Source: Schmidtea polychroa
Taxonomy: Eukaryota
DNA length: 60,000 nucleotides
Direction of reading: 5' to 3'
Assembly: GCA_044892525.1 (NCBI GenBank)
Contig: CM097885.1
Span: 28,646,001 to 28,706,000 of the forward strand
Shown here: piece by piece, positions 32,430 through 46,111 of the stretch
Layout of the letters: each line of letters begins with the position of its first letter
How positions within the stretch are numbered: position 1 is the first letter of the stretch
The notes under the pieces: model-generated
What the model saw: only the letters and a program-made list of their open reading frames with translations
Databases searched by the model: none
Told to the model about the DNA's origin: nothing
Position numbers and translations under genes: made by a program

Positions 32430-32990
32430 GTTGTGCAATTCGGAAAAAGCTGTTGGGAGTTTCATGAGAAGTGGACTAGCGATAAAGGAAACATTGAAAC
32501 TACCAAATTTGAAGAGATTGGTAATGAGGAGACTTGATATAAGTTATTTTTAAAATATGTAACTGCGTATCATTAAGTATGGTGGTAGAGATCTCTTAAA
32601 TTATTGTCTTGCTTTTCTTTGAAAGATAATAGCAAGGTCGGATGCTCATATATGAATGTTTTAAAAGAAAATCGAAGAATTTTGGCTAAGAAAATGTAAA
32701 TTGATTGACTTATCTAACAGCAGTATAATGACTCAAAGTATACTTCTAAGATTGAAAAACTTTTGGTACTTCTAAAATGCCCATCTCAATCACTAAATCT
32801 AAATCCAACTGAACATCTCTGAATAATATTGAAATATAAAATTATGCAATATCTTGAAATAGCTATTATTAGATTTCAAAAGATATACAAATGGCATAAG
32901 ACAAAATTGTCCTAAAAATGCTGCAAAATTTGGTATCCAGAATACCGCAGCCAGTGTAAGTTGTTATAGGTGCAAAAGTTGATAATAATA
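32430..32990 (+). pseudogene. Highly decayed Tc1 transposase remnant
   Basis: CPSQSLNLNPTEHL* at ~32778 matches WPSQSPDLNPIEHLW; limits approximate. Confidence 0.5.
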
Positions 32991-33293
32991 AATATATAAA
33001 ATAAATATATAAATATATAAAATAAATATATATTAAATAATTAAAAACAATATAATGTGTAAAAGTTCTATGTGTACGTTTTCTTCGAAGACATATGTCC
33101 CAATCTCATGAGGCATATGTTTTCCTTTTATTTCGATGAATCCAATAAAGGATAAAATGATTAAAAATGATTAAAAAATGAAAAAAAATTAGTACTCTAT
33201 TTTGTATTTAGTGAATTTTCATGCTATGTTTACTTTTATTGTCAAATAGTTTATATTTATTATAATATTTCATATATATTAAATATGATCATT

Positions 33294-34244
33294 CAGACCC
33301 GATTCTAGCAGTGTTTTGTGTGTAGATGAGATGCAAATTTGTCGCCGCAATACATTTTAAGTTGGTGATAATTAGAAAAACACTGAAAATCTAAACTTAA
33401 TATATTTTTATTTTATTAGGAAAAACATACAACAAAGCAAATAAAAAATTTCAGTTAATACAAAAAAAAAGAAATATAGATATTATAGAGTCGAAGAAAA
33501 AACATTAAAAAAAAGTTTTACAAGTGCATAACAAAAAAAACTGAAAATATTTTCGACTATAAGATAGTCCTTGTAGATTGACAAGGAGATTGACAAGGGC
33601 TATCTTATAGTCGAAAATGTTTTCATTAAATACATTATTCGCAGCAAAAGGCTTAAATTATCACTTTATTGTTTTAAATAATAAATGCTGCTACCAAGAA
33701 ATCATCACTTTATAATATTAATATTATGATAAACTTGTACTGAATATTTCTATTTTTGTTATGCAATTGTAAAACTTTTTTTTAATGTTTTTTCTTCGAC
33801 TCTTTAAACAAAAATGAAATATGTTTATCACACTTCTATTACAATATATTTATGTGAAAAAAATAGTTGTAAAGTTTCCAAAAATGACACCGCTACCTAA
33901 GCAAAAAACTTGGTTGTTTCAAAAAAATGCATATTAAGAAAAAAATATCTGAATAAAATTCCTTTGTTACTAATTTACATGAATAAAAACATGTATTGAT
34001 AATATTTTTTTTTAAAAAAATTAGGGAATTTCAATTTCAAGAATATACGACCTGAATAAGTGGATAACATTATATACCAAATCCATAACTTTAAATAATA
34101 CTAATGGTTCAGGACTCGCAAAATCTAAACATAAATTGGAAAATTTTTTAAAAAGCCTTTAATTTTTCCGGTTAAAACAAAAATAATTAAGAAAGTACCA
34201 ACCTAGAAAAGTGCTGACGTCGCCTACACTTAGAACCGGGCCTG
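33294..34244. mobile_element. Non-autonomous hAT-like element with nested foldback sequences
   Basis: TIR CAGACCCGATTCTAG / rc CAGGCCCGGTTCTAA; degenerate 8 bp TSD TGATCATT/AGATAATT; internal inverted repeats ~33487-33803. Confidence 0.55.
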
Positions 34245-34267
34245 AGATAATTTATCTTTTTGATTAC

Positions 34268-34308
34268 CTTTGATCTGTCTTTTCCATTGGAATTAAATTT
34301 ATTCTCAT
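34268..34308 (-). CDS. Candidate first coding exon of minus-strand host gene
   Basis: MRINLIPMEKTDQ(R) followed by gtaatc donor, phase 2. Confidence 0.3.
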
Positions 34309-34961
34309 TCGAATTTTAGCTATATCTCATTTTGTATTTTGTTTCATATTTAATAAAATAAACAATAATCTATAGTTGAAATGAAGATAAAAGAAATATT
34401 TTAAAACTATTCATACCAAAAAATTTGTTTCAATATGTATTAGTATCAAATATGGTCCCATAACCTCGCCTCTATGTGGTTTATTGACCCCTATTACGAA
34501 AATTTTACATCAAAAAGTAGATTAAAAATAGATTTTGACTTGTTTTCTTTTTAAAAATAGATTGAAAATTACGCATATTTTAATAATAAATTGACAATCC
34601 GAAGTCGGAACAGAAACTTACAACTGGCACAACTCCGACTTTCATTGCTTCGACTTTTTGAAAGGTTCGTTCCGGGTTGAAATAGGAAGCCGTTGTTGCG
34701 TTTGCTCCGCTTGAAATTGGCATAATTTCTAATAATGAATTTAATATAAACAAAAATATTTTAAAACCAATTTATATGATAATCAGTTGTAGATTTAATA
34801 TATTATTTGTTATTTGATCACTAATTAGTTTGAGATTTATATTTACTTAATATTCATTAACCTCACTGTTATGAACAAAGTTTGGTTAATAAAACATTTT
34901 TGACATTTATTAATTAATAATATAAAGATTATGTTCGTCTTACGTTTATAAATCATTATTA

Positions 34962-34966
<5 letters not shown>

Positions 34967-35019
<53 letters not shown>

Positions 35020-35020
35020 G

Positions 35021-35085
<65 letters not shown>

Positions 35086-35108
35086 GATTATTATTATTAT
35101 TATTATTA

Positions 35109-35184
<76 letters not shown>
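34967..35184. repeat. (ATT)n microsatellite; (AAT)n also at ~35431-35498
   Basis: Direct observation. Confidence 0.98.
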
Positions 35185-35185
<1 letters not shown>

Positions 35186-35430
35186 TTAAAATGACGGCCT
35201 TTTCATGTAAAAATTTCACCTTTAGATAATAAGTAATTTTATCTCTTGCAGTACATAAATCAAAATTTTTAATTCTCTTTTAAAAAGTTATTTTTATATT
35301 AAAATGTCTAACATGTCTAAATTTTATATGCATTAACTAATAATAAATTAGTATTCATTTGAAACCTTTTAAAATAGTTACAGTCATAAATTGTTACATA
35401 GAAGAAATAATAATTATAATAATTAATAAA

Positions 35431-35499
<69 letters not shown>

Positions 35500-37395
35500 T
35501 AATTATATTATTAATAATAAATATTATTATAATTATTTATTTTTACAAAAAATCAATATTTTGTGCATCTCTGTCATAATATTTGTGTGATTGATGTAGT
35601 TCAAGAAAAATACTTTATATTTTATGTTGTTAGTAACATATGTGTCCAAAAGAATATTTCACCGAATTGGAATTTTTCAAAATCAGGTTATTTTTTCAAT
35701 TTAAAATTTAATGAAAAGGCATGTTAAATATATCATACAATATAAAAATGGTTAATATATAAAATCTATTTTAATAAATAAATTATTTTCAAAAAATATA
35801 TATTATTTTTAAAAAATTGACATATTTAAAAATTAAAGAATAATTTAACTTAAATGCTATTTAAAGTTTTTGTTTTATTAAAATTCGCTTAAAATTGTAA
35901 TAAAAATTATTATTTCAATTTATTTTTGACCACCTTTGATTTGATATTGATGATATTTTATTTATTTTCATTTTGACAAAAGATCAAATATTTTTCATTA
36001 TACTTAACACAAATTTTCGGCCTTGTCTTTATCAAAAGTGTGGTTTATAATTATTGGTATCAAAAATGGGGTCCTGGTCAGAGTTTTCTCAAGAACCTTC
36101 ATTCTTTTTAATATTATATTAACCTCAGCTTTGGTTGCCAAAGACTGTTTTAAGCTATCAAACTATAAGTCTTAACAATAAATCTTAAGGTGTTGGGCCT
36201 ATTTGATTTTTTAAAGAACAGGTGGAAGTCAGTAATAATTATTTTACTTCCTAAATTATCTAATTAATATACGTAGTATGCAAGATCTAATCAGGATTTC
36301 AAATCCAATAATAAACAAAGTAAAAACGACATGATTTAGAGACAATCTAAAAAGTAGAAACACAATCACTTACTCAACATCTTTAAACAAACTATATTTA
36401 TTAAAGAATTTTAAATCTTTCTATGTCTTGTTCATATCTTGTTTATGATGTTAAATGTCATTGGAGCTATGCTACATACATAGGAATGATTACTCGTCAT
36501 CTCCGTTTACAAGTTGTTGATCACTTCGACAGAAAAAATTGATTATTATTGATTATAAAAAATTGATTATTAGATCTTATGCAGATTTTTTGAAAATGTT
36601 GTTTGATAGTCAAAGTGGTAATATGCATACATTCCGCCTTTACTCCTTGTGCTACTATATCATATTTTTCTCATAGCTGTTGCTAGGGCCTAGCAAATAG
36701 GATATCATCTTAGGCACTAAGGTTCGAAAGGAACATGGAAAATACAAAATGATATTAGGAAGTTGGAAAAATTCCAACTACAAATAAAAAATTAGAAAAC
36801 TATGAATTATTTTCCCCTTATAAAATCACTCCTAATATACATCAATCGCAACAATAGTAAATTAGATCATGCTCATGTATAATAAAACTCATTCTATTTC
36901 ATAATTCAGTGTTTAGTATTTTCCTATAAGTGCCATAAATATTACCTTTTATTATTTATTCCAGTATTTATATTGAGTAGCGTAACATTTCATTTATTTA
37001 TAATACAACTATAAATCAAATTTTAACTGATCAAAGGAGACGAAAAAATGATGTATTTTATGTATTGTATGACAAATTAAGTACTTCAGTCACACTCATT
37101 ATAATTATTAGATAATCTATATTTTTTAAATACTTTTTCAGAAAAAATGACTATCATAAATTTGAAAATAACTATTAGCGGAATTAAATAATTATAGTAC
37201 AAGACAGAAATAAATTTATAAAATTATCAATGAAATAAATTCAACTGTTTTAATTCATCAAAAAATAAAAATAAAGATTCATACATCAAAACCTTATTTA
37301 GCACGTATTTGTAATTTCAAAATTAGTTATTGAACCTGAATTTAGTGAGCAGAAAACATTTAAATTTAATTTAATAATTTTCTAATAACTAGCTA

Positions 37396-37555
37396 ATGAA
37401 AAAAAACCCATCTAGTTTCGAGATAAATAATTATTTCATCCAAAACCAAAATGTTAGTCGAGGAGTATCCAGATCACACTTAGAATTCATTTGTAATTTG
37501 GATATTGATAATGAACCTGATGTAGTAAGAAGTTCTAGCATTATATGTACAATTG
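37396..37555 (+). CDS. pyk: Pyruvate kinase exon 1 (start uncertain)
   Basis: SHLEFICNLDID..RSSSIICTIG; donor gtaaa at 37556. Confidence 0.85.
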
Positions 37556-37602
37556 GTAAAATTTTATATTTACTGTTGATTTCATTATTAACTTGTTTTA
37601 AG

Positions 37603-37817
37603 GGCCGGCTTGTAGAACTGTTAGCACACTGAAAAAAATGATTGCATCTGGAATGAATATCGCCAGAATGAATTTTAGCCACGGCTCTCATGAATATCAT
37701 GCAGAAACGATTAAGCTGGTTAGAGAAGCAGTTGAAACCTTTACTCCTTACTACAGACCAGTTGCACTGGCTTTAGACACTAAAGGACCAGAAATACGAA
37801 CTGGTCTAATTCATGGA
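37603..37817 (+). CDS. pyk: Pyruvate kinase exon 2
   Basis: [33 protein letters not shown]; follows a 47 nt intron. Confidence 0.96.
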
Positions 37818-38119
37818 GTAATATATAAATAGTTAATAAATTTTAAAATAATTATAAATTAATTAATTGATGATTATATTGAAAATTTCTTTGTTAAATC
37901 AATTTTTAAAATTGCAATATGGAAGATGGCGGAGTTTTTTTGATTATTACATAATATTATTTATTAGCTTGAAACTAATGTTTATTTCGAAATTGTGGGA
38001 AATTAATGAAATTATTGTAATAATATACGAAACTGATAATATATATTTTTATGCCATTTCAATTTGCAATCCTTTATCGATGAAATGGCCTAGAAACTGA
38101 ACTAGGAAGGATTAAATAG

Positions 38120-38622
38120 GCGACGCTCTAGTGTATGTCGCCCAAAATTTTAAATTATTTTAACTCAATAACTCAATAAATAAATTGATATGTATACACT
38201 TTTAACATACCCACCATGAAGTATACCCCCCCCCCCATATAGTCAGAGTTTATCCGACAAGATATTCTGTCCCCCTATGGGTACGGCTCACAAGGGTAAT
38301 AGATATGAGCAGTACCCTTGCGACCATCACCCTTGTGAACCGTACCCATAGGTGGACAGAATAACTTGTCGGATAAACTCTGACTATATGGGGGGTATAC
38401 TTCAGTTTACCCAAAATGTATAGTTAATATAATTTTTAAATATAATATTTTTTTGAAAATCGGGTGACCCATATCAGAGCGTCGCCATATTTTGATTATA
38501 TTCTGGCGCTTGGTTGCTTCGAAGTATAGTTTCGATGAATAAATTTTTAATAAACGTATTTACTTATATTTCATTTAAATATATTAATTTAAAATTTTGG
38601 GCGACATACACTAGAGCGTCGC
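38120..38622. mobile_element. MITE with ~37 bp perfect inverted arms and nested foldback 38217-38404
   Basis: GCGACGCTCTAGTGTATGTCGCCCAAAATTTTAAATTA and its reverse complement. Confidence 0.75.
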
Positions 38623-39203
38623 TAGCATATTTGGATTAGCTCTGCTTCACTCAGGATTATGTTTCTTGTATAAATGAATTTCATATTCAATTATATTTCC
38701 CTGGGAAAAGATTGATAAAAGCACGAAATAAGAACAATGCAATCAATTCATCGCAAATTATTGATGTTACACTGCAAAGCATTTTTTATTTTGTACTGCT
38801 GTAACAATGACGATGTATATGATTCACAGTCAAATCCATTTACAGGAAGAACCAGGAATTGTCGGACATAATCTCTCATTTCTATTAATATTTAATATAG
38901 AACATAGGCGGGCAAATATGGTTCTTCGTTGAGTCAAGTGGCTTTCCCATTAAAATTTTACTTTCATTTTTCCTCCTGAAAAGTATTAGCCAGTCCGCAG
39001 CAACAGTAGCACGTTTACACTACAATTTGTGCAACACTGACCTGTGCAGAATTTTCGACTTTGTTGGTGGTAGTGTATGTCAGTTTTCCTATTTAAATAA
39101 AGTAAATAAATTTTTTTAATCGTGTTTTTAAAATTAATTACGAGTATAATTATTATATTTAAATTTTATTACTAAAATTTTTAAATAAATTTTTTCTTGT
39201 TCC

Positions 39204-39255
<52 letters not shown>

Positions 39256-40761
39256 CTTATATGTAACTTGTAAAAATATGTAATTATAGTAAATAAAAAT
39301 TTTGGAATTTGTATATAAAAAGAACCGGATTGCAGCTCTCTTTGGCATCATGTTTGCCCAACCCTGGCATAGGATATATATCAATATTTAAACAATTCTG
39401 TTTAGTGATTTTTTAGGTTTTAAAATGAGAAATGACAAAATAGTTTTATTAAAATTTTTTAAAAACTTATAAAAATTGAGTAGAAATGGAAGGGAATACT
39501 GGAAAAAAACTGAAGGGCTTTGATAATTTTATTGACTACCGGTGGATTGACGATGCAAATGTGGTTTTGTGTTGGTTAGCAATGTGCTGAATGAATATTT
39601 CTTAGGTCTATAGTCCATGGTGGATATAATGTTGTGAGCAGAAAATAGTTGCATTGATTTAGAAAGTTGATCGAATTCAATGGTGGCATAGCTTATCATT
39701 TGAAAGTTTTTACAACTTCGGGCAAACAGAAATTTCATAATAATTGGTACAACATTATTTCAATAATTATTCTCTAGGCACTGATAGGATCATTCGGATA
39801 AATGTATTTCTTGATGTAATTGGCTGACATTATTTTTGTCCTCATTATTATATAAATCTTTTTTCTTTTTCCAAGCAGCTCTACTCTAATAACATTATTT
39901 CAGTCTCTTTGTACCCAATTATAATAACCAATGAATATAATTTCACCTCCAATGTTCGTTTAGTCTTTATTTGGTCTTAGAATTTATTTTCATAGAATGT
40001 TTATGGGAATTTGTTTATGAAAATTTAGATTCTTTATTTTATCATTTTTAATGCTCATTAAAATGCGTGCTATTGATTAACCCTCTTTATCATCGGTCAA
40101 TATTTGTGGAAGATGATAATTTTCATTGAAATTCTAGAATATCGTATTGAATTAAGTATAAATTTAAAATAAATTTTTTCGACTATCGTTCATATTAAAT
40201 TTTTTTATTGAGAAATTTCTGCATCCAGACAATTAGTACCACATACATTAATTTTTTATGTTTAAAAATCATAAAATTTATTAAAAACCAATCTTTACAA
40301 AGTCCCTGAATAAAAATTAAACCTAACGAACACGACGTAAGACTTTAACGATAGGAATTGGGTGTTAATTGTTTACTTTTTAACGAATATCTCTGAAAAA
40401 TTGAATGATTTCAATTTAAGGAGTTATATTCATGACAAAATAAAATTATCGGGAAGTATATGTATGAAGAGTCGTATAAACTTTTTCCATATCTTTATAT
40501 TATAAGTACAGAAAATGGAATAAAAATTAACTGTCATCAATATCCTAATTTTTTGAAGTCATTGAGTGTTTAGAATTTCTTTTATGCATCTTTAGATTGA
40601 GAGTAAAATTTTGTATGTAATGTAGTCGGTAGGATAATCAACGAAATGGTATCTTCAATTCAGTGTGATAACATATTGAAAAATAAGATTTTAAAAATTA
40701 TATATAAGTATGAGTAAAATATATTTTATCATTAAAGACCAATGATTTAGTAAAAAAATTC

Positions 40762-40833
40762 GGTTCTTGTTTGATATTTCCCCCCCCTTAAAATTAAATT
40801 AAAATTAAATATATAAATAATATATAAATAATC

Positions 40834-40886
<53 letters not shown>

Positions 40887-41206
40887 GTATTAGTATTAAT
40901 CTATATACTCCGAGTTTATCCGACAAAATATTTTGTCCCCCTATGGGTAATGTAAAATTAACAAAGGTAAACCATCAATATTTAGTTTACCTTTGTTAAT
41001 TTTACATTATTTTATTGTTTAAATAAATGTATGTTTTGTTGATTTTGTTGAGCGTGAGCATTACCCATAGGGGGACAAAATATTTTGTCGGATAAATTCG
41101 GAGTATATAGATTAATACTAATAATAATATTAATAATAATTGTTTTATTATTTATATATTTAATTTTAATTTAATTTTAAGTGGGGGGAAATATCAAACA
41201 AGAACC
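40762..41206. mobile_element. Foldback MITE
   Basis: Arms GGTTCTTGTTTGATATTTCCCCCC.. and ..GAGTTTATCCGACAAAATATTTTGTCCCCCTATGGGTAATG in inverted orientation. Confidence 0.8.
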
Positions 41207-41498
41207 AAAAATTCTTCTGCATTGCGTGTGTAAAGTTGCATTCGTCAAATTAACAACTGTGAAAGACAAAGTTGCGCCCGAGATTATTTGATGTTGAATC
41301 AAAATTAAGAGTTGTAGTTTCACCAATACAGAAGAGGCTAAATGAAATCTCCAGTAAAATCCACAGATCTCATTGAAATAAAATTTTTAATTAAAATCTC
41401 AATTGTTTTCTATTTCAATTCTTAGTTTAAAATTCCATTAATTTTGATTTTCACATTCCTATTTTATTTTATTAATTTTGTATATTAATCTTGAATTA

Positions 41499-41680
41499 TA
41501 GTATTAGCCGAATATAAGACGAGATTTTTTCTCAGAAATATCATTAAAAAACAAGAGTAGTTTTATTTTTAGAACTTTCGATTGTCGGGCATTTTTCTGC
41601 ATGATTAAACACAGAAAAATTAATTTTTTTATATTTGTTCAATAAAAAATGGGACTTGTCATATATTCGGGCTAATATGG
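41499..41680. mobile_element. Degenerate pogo-type MITE
   Basis: TATTAGCCGAATATAAGACGAG versus rc TATTAGCCCGAATATATGACAAG; TA flanks. Confidence 0.5.
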
Positions 41681-42008
41681 TAAATTGTTATATTTAGTTT
41701 TTGTTAGTATCTTTTCCCGAAATTCGGGCTTTAATTTCATCAGTCATATTACAAACAATTTCACGCTTTCAAAAATATATATTTTATAATACAATATTTA
41801 AACAAAGTTAGGAGAATACAAACTGAGCAATTTTTCTTAGCAGCTTCTTTTTAAATTCATACATTCAACATACGATTTTTAATTAATATATATTTTTTAT
41901 TTCTTTTTTAAATTAATTTCGGTTATATTTTAATAAACCTATATATTTAATAAAACTTTATGAGACTTTTTATTGTAATTTTAAATTTGATTTTAACTGT
42001 TCTAATAT

Positions 42009-42168
42009 AATAAAGTGATAATTTAAGCCTTTTGCTGCGAATGTATTTAATGAAAAAAATTTCGACTATAAGATAGTCCCTGTCAATCTATTTTATAGGA
42101 CTATCTTATAGTCGAAATTTTTTTCATTATATACATTCGCAGCAAAATGTTTAAATTATCACTTTATT
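42009..42168. mobile_element. Foldback element; related partial copy at ~33542-33690
   Basis: ~70 bp near-perfect arms containing TTTCGACTATAAGATAGTCC. Confidence 0.8.
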
Positions 42169-43154
42169 GTGTTAAAATAATAAATGCTGCTATCAAAAAC
42201 TATTCTAATAATTAAAAGTTTTACTTGATAATTATTTTTACTTTAAATGAATTGTTTCCTTTATAAAATACTTCTTTTATCACAATTAATTTTTTAGAAA
42301 TCTTTAGAGTATTTTTAAACATCTCACAGTTTTGATAAAATAGTTTTCATATATTTGATCTAACTAATCATAGTCGAGCATATATGGTTTTAGTTATGTC
42401 ATATAAGAATATGAAACACATGTTCAGTGCATGAAAAGTTGTGCATGGGAGTTAACCTAATAAATTCCCAGTGCCTAATATATAATTCTTTTGCGTTAAA
42501 TAGTTTACCTACCAATGTGCAAATTACATTTATATCAATAACTATGAAAAATTCAAATTAAAAATAAAAATGAATTTTTCCTTTTCACAGTAAAATGTTA
42601 TAAATAATGATTTTTACTATGTGAGCCTAATTTTATGTCTATTATACAACTTCTTTTTTTATTTTAATCGTGATATTGTGAAATTTCTCCTCTTGACATT
42701 TAGATCATTATCAGTGCTGAGAGAAGCCTTTTGGTTCATTGGCAATCAATAACGACGTGCACAAATTTCACATATCCAACTTTGTCTGCACTTTATTAGA
42801 AAATTGTTTAATGTCATTAATTTCTTGCAATTTTCGGCTACGTTAAGTCTACGTCAAATTAGTATTTTTTTACACAGTTGTTATCAATTTGAAATATTTG
42901 AATATTTTTCAGTTTAATTTATAAGAAAATAAGTAATAAAATTTGTATGAAAACACGAAATATTTAATATTTGGAATTTAGGAAATTATATTTAAATAAT
43001 TTAAGAGGTTTAGATCTTTTAATCACATATTCGAGAACTGTTAAAATCTAAGAATTACAGAAAATCATTGAAATATGTGCTATGAGAATGAATATGTATT
43101 CCAGTATAAGACTGTATTCCAACTATTATATAAGTTGTATTGTCTCCATTTTAA

Positions 43155-43368
43155 CACGTTAACTGCGTCTGACACCTATGTGTGACGGAACGGTTCTTAG
43201 CTCGGTACGCAAAACACACATAAATGACGTGACCCAAAAACACCAAAAACATTTTGTAAAAACAATTATCAAAAATAATTTTGATTTACTTTAAAAACAG
43301 TAGATTCATTTGAAAAACTGGCGCCGCTCCTGGTGAAAGTGTGATAAATTTGTGCCGCAGCGAATGGG
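43155..43368. mobile_element. piggyBac-like MITE
   Basis: TTAA on both sides; degenerate TIRs; motifs shared with 560-732. Confidence 0.5.
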
Positions 43369-44159
43369 TTAATAACTAAAAAGAAAATGTTTTAACCTTT
43401 TCAGTGTCAAAGGGACTCTTGAAGTAATACAAAGTTTTTAGGCACTAAATTTGTTGTTTTGATATGTGATTTATACTTAGAGTTGCACATTTGCTGAAAA
43501 ATATTTAAATAATTTTGTTTTACCTATATATTTTATGTGGGGACACAAATGTCTTGTAGTTATGAAAGTATTATTATAATTATGATTTTGATATTTTATT
43601 GTGGTATTGGATGATATTAATAGTTTGTTGATATGAGGAATTCATATCCTCTATTCATCTTGCGGCGCTGTTACTGAATTCAGATAAATTTAGAAAATCC
43701 GATTGTTTATTTGATATAACAAAGTTCAATAAATACTATGCGAATTCGACTATATTCGCAAGGATATCAAGTTATTTGCGGATAGCAAGATATAAACAAA
43801 AGTTGTCCTGTATTTGATGTAAAAGCATTAGATTGCATCACATTGCAACTAAGAGACACAATTCTTCATTAAAAAATTCAGCTCAGTCGCATTTATGAAT
43901 TAACCTGATATGTTCAGTGAGATATTAAAGCTCTCCGAATATTAATATAGTATCGCTATGAATATAATTTTTGCTTAATTTTTATTGTCATAATCTTTGA
44001 ACAATTTAACTGCAATTTTCCTATATAATTGTTACAAAATTTGCCGATTTGCTCATATTGATTATTTAAAAATGCAAATCTATTAAACATTGTGTATGTA
44101 AATAAATTTATTGATTAGAAAAATATTAGTTTCTTTTCAACATTTCTTTTTTGTAATAG

Positions 44160-44346
44160 AGTGGAACTGGAGAAGTTAATCTAGTTAAAGGCAATAAAAT
44201 AAAATTGGTGATTGATGAGATATATGCTGATTCATGTAGCGAAGAAATTTTATGGGTTGATTACAAGAATATTGTGAAAATTCTTCATAAAGGATGTAGA
44301 ATCTATATAGATGATGGATTAATTAGCCTCATTGTCCTTGAAGCAG
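44160..44346 (+). CDS. pyk: Pyruvate kinase exon 3
   Basis: SGTGEVNLVKG..ILWVDYKNI..IYIDDGLISL. Confidence 0.95.
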
Positions 44347-46032
44347 GTAAATCATTACTTATTTTTAAAATTTTAAATATATTAGAAACCAATCAAATAA
44401 TAAAACTTATTTAAGAGGTAGAAATTTGATGATGAAATGTCAAATGGTTAAGATGAGTACAGTAAAATTTCATGACATAGCCTCGTTATTTCCGAAATGT
44501 ATGAACAGTGTTAGGTCATACGTTGTTGTGCAGTATAATTTGTCCATATCATATTTGTTTTGCTCTCGGTTTTTCATGCATACAACCAATTTCCTGACAG
44601 TGTGTGTTTGTGGTGATTATTTGTCTTTATTGCACAAATTACATACCACCATAACCTTTTTTGGAATGCTAGTGGTTTGAGGTCTTCATGATTCATTTGC
44701 ATATAATTATTATATCCATTTCTTACTACGAGTATTTCTACCCCGGAATCCCGAGATTATAAAGCACCTAAAATTTCTAAAGGAAATAATATTGATTTTA
44801 TTGAGATTCCAAATATAATCAAAGAAAACATAAGATATCCAAAGTTTCATCACTTCAACTTTTACGAAGATTAGTACAAGAATTTCACTCCAATAAAGAA
44901 ATTAGTTTTTACTGATGTTACAGGAATTGTTGCTCAGTCAGCGCTAAGTTTTTTTCATAAAGAATAATTTTTAAATTTCATTCTTCAACGTGTTTTTAAT
45001 GATATATGCTGATGAAGCTCTTCAATATTTAGTGTAACTCCTAAATGATTAAAAAATGATTCTAAATGCATCACAGCATGATGATTTTCCCCTCAAATCT
45101 AATCTCATTACAAATCATGTTTTTTGAATTTATCAATAGATAAAAATCTTTAAGTGATAAAAATATAAAAACAAATATGAAATAAATTTCATATGAATTC
45201 TATATTATTCTTGAATTTCGGTAAAAAGAAAGTACGAAACCCCTAATCACAGGCAATGACATTGGAAAAAATAATCATATTTGTTATGAATTAGGATTTT
45301 CTATCGATTAGTTTGGAATCCATTTATATAACTTCATTTTTTTAATTGCACTCCAATGGCAGGAAACTTATTTTCGATATTTGTTTTTCACCAGCCCTTT
45401 TAAATTATCTTAATTTATGACTAATTTTGATTTTTATTCGAATCTCAATTTAAAAGGCTTTCATCTTCCGATCGAAATTTTGTTCAGTTGTGTTTTGTTC
45501 GATTTCAGTTGCATTCTGTGTTAATTTGAACTTGTATAAAAGTAGTTTCATGGAATTGCAAATGTTGATCGGAATATCTGCTAGAATGTTTATTGTTCGA
45601 AAGGCCTTATTTAATAAAAAACACGATGGATATATTGTACTTTGATTCTTCTGTGAATTCCATTATACATCTTTCCCCGTCCATATTCGTGGATACCGAA
45701 TTAGTTTTAAAATCCTAGCCTAGAATATTTACACAAATTAAACTGTCATTGGTCCTTTAACAACACTAAAAGTTTTACCACCATTGTTCACATTGAATAT
45801 CACACAACACCAGATTTTCCCTATCTCGTCTATATTAATAAGTTTGCCATATTTATAAAAAAAATGTTTCATGATCACAATGTTTTATATTCGATAGAAG
45901 ATTACTAATGTATCGTATATAATATTTACATTACGATATAGAAATTATATTTAATTTTAAATATTATCCTTACAGTCGTCAACCACTGATGAATGGCCTA
46001 ATACTTATCACTATATTTCACTAGTTGTAAAG

Positions 46033-46108
<76 letters not shown>

Positions 46109-46111
<3 letters not shown>

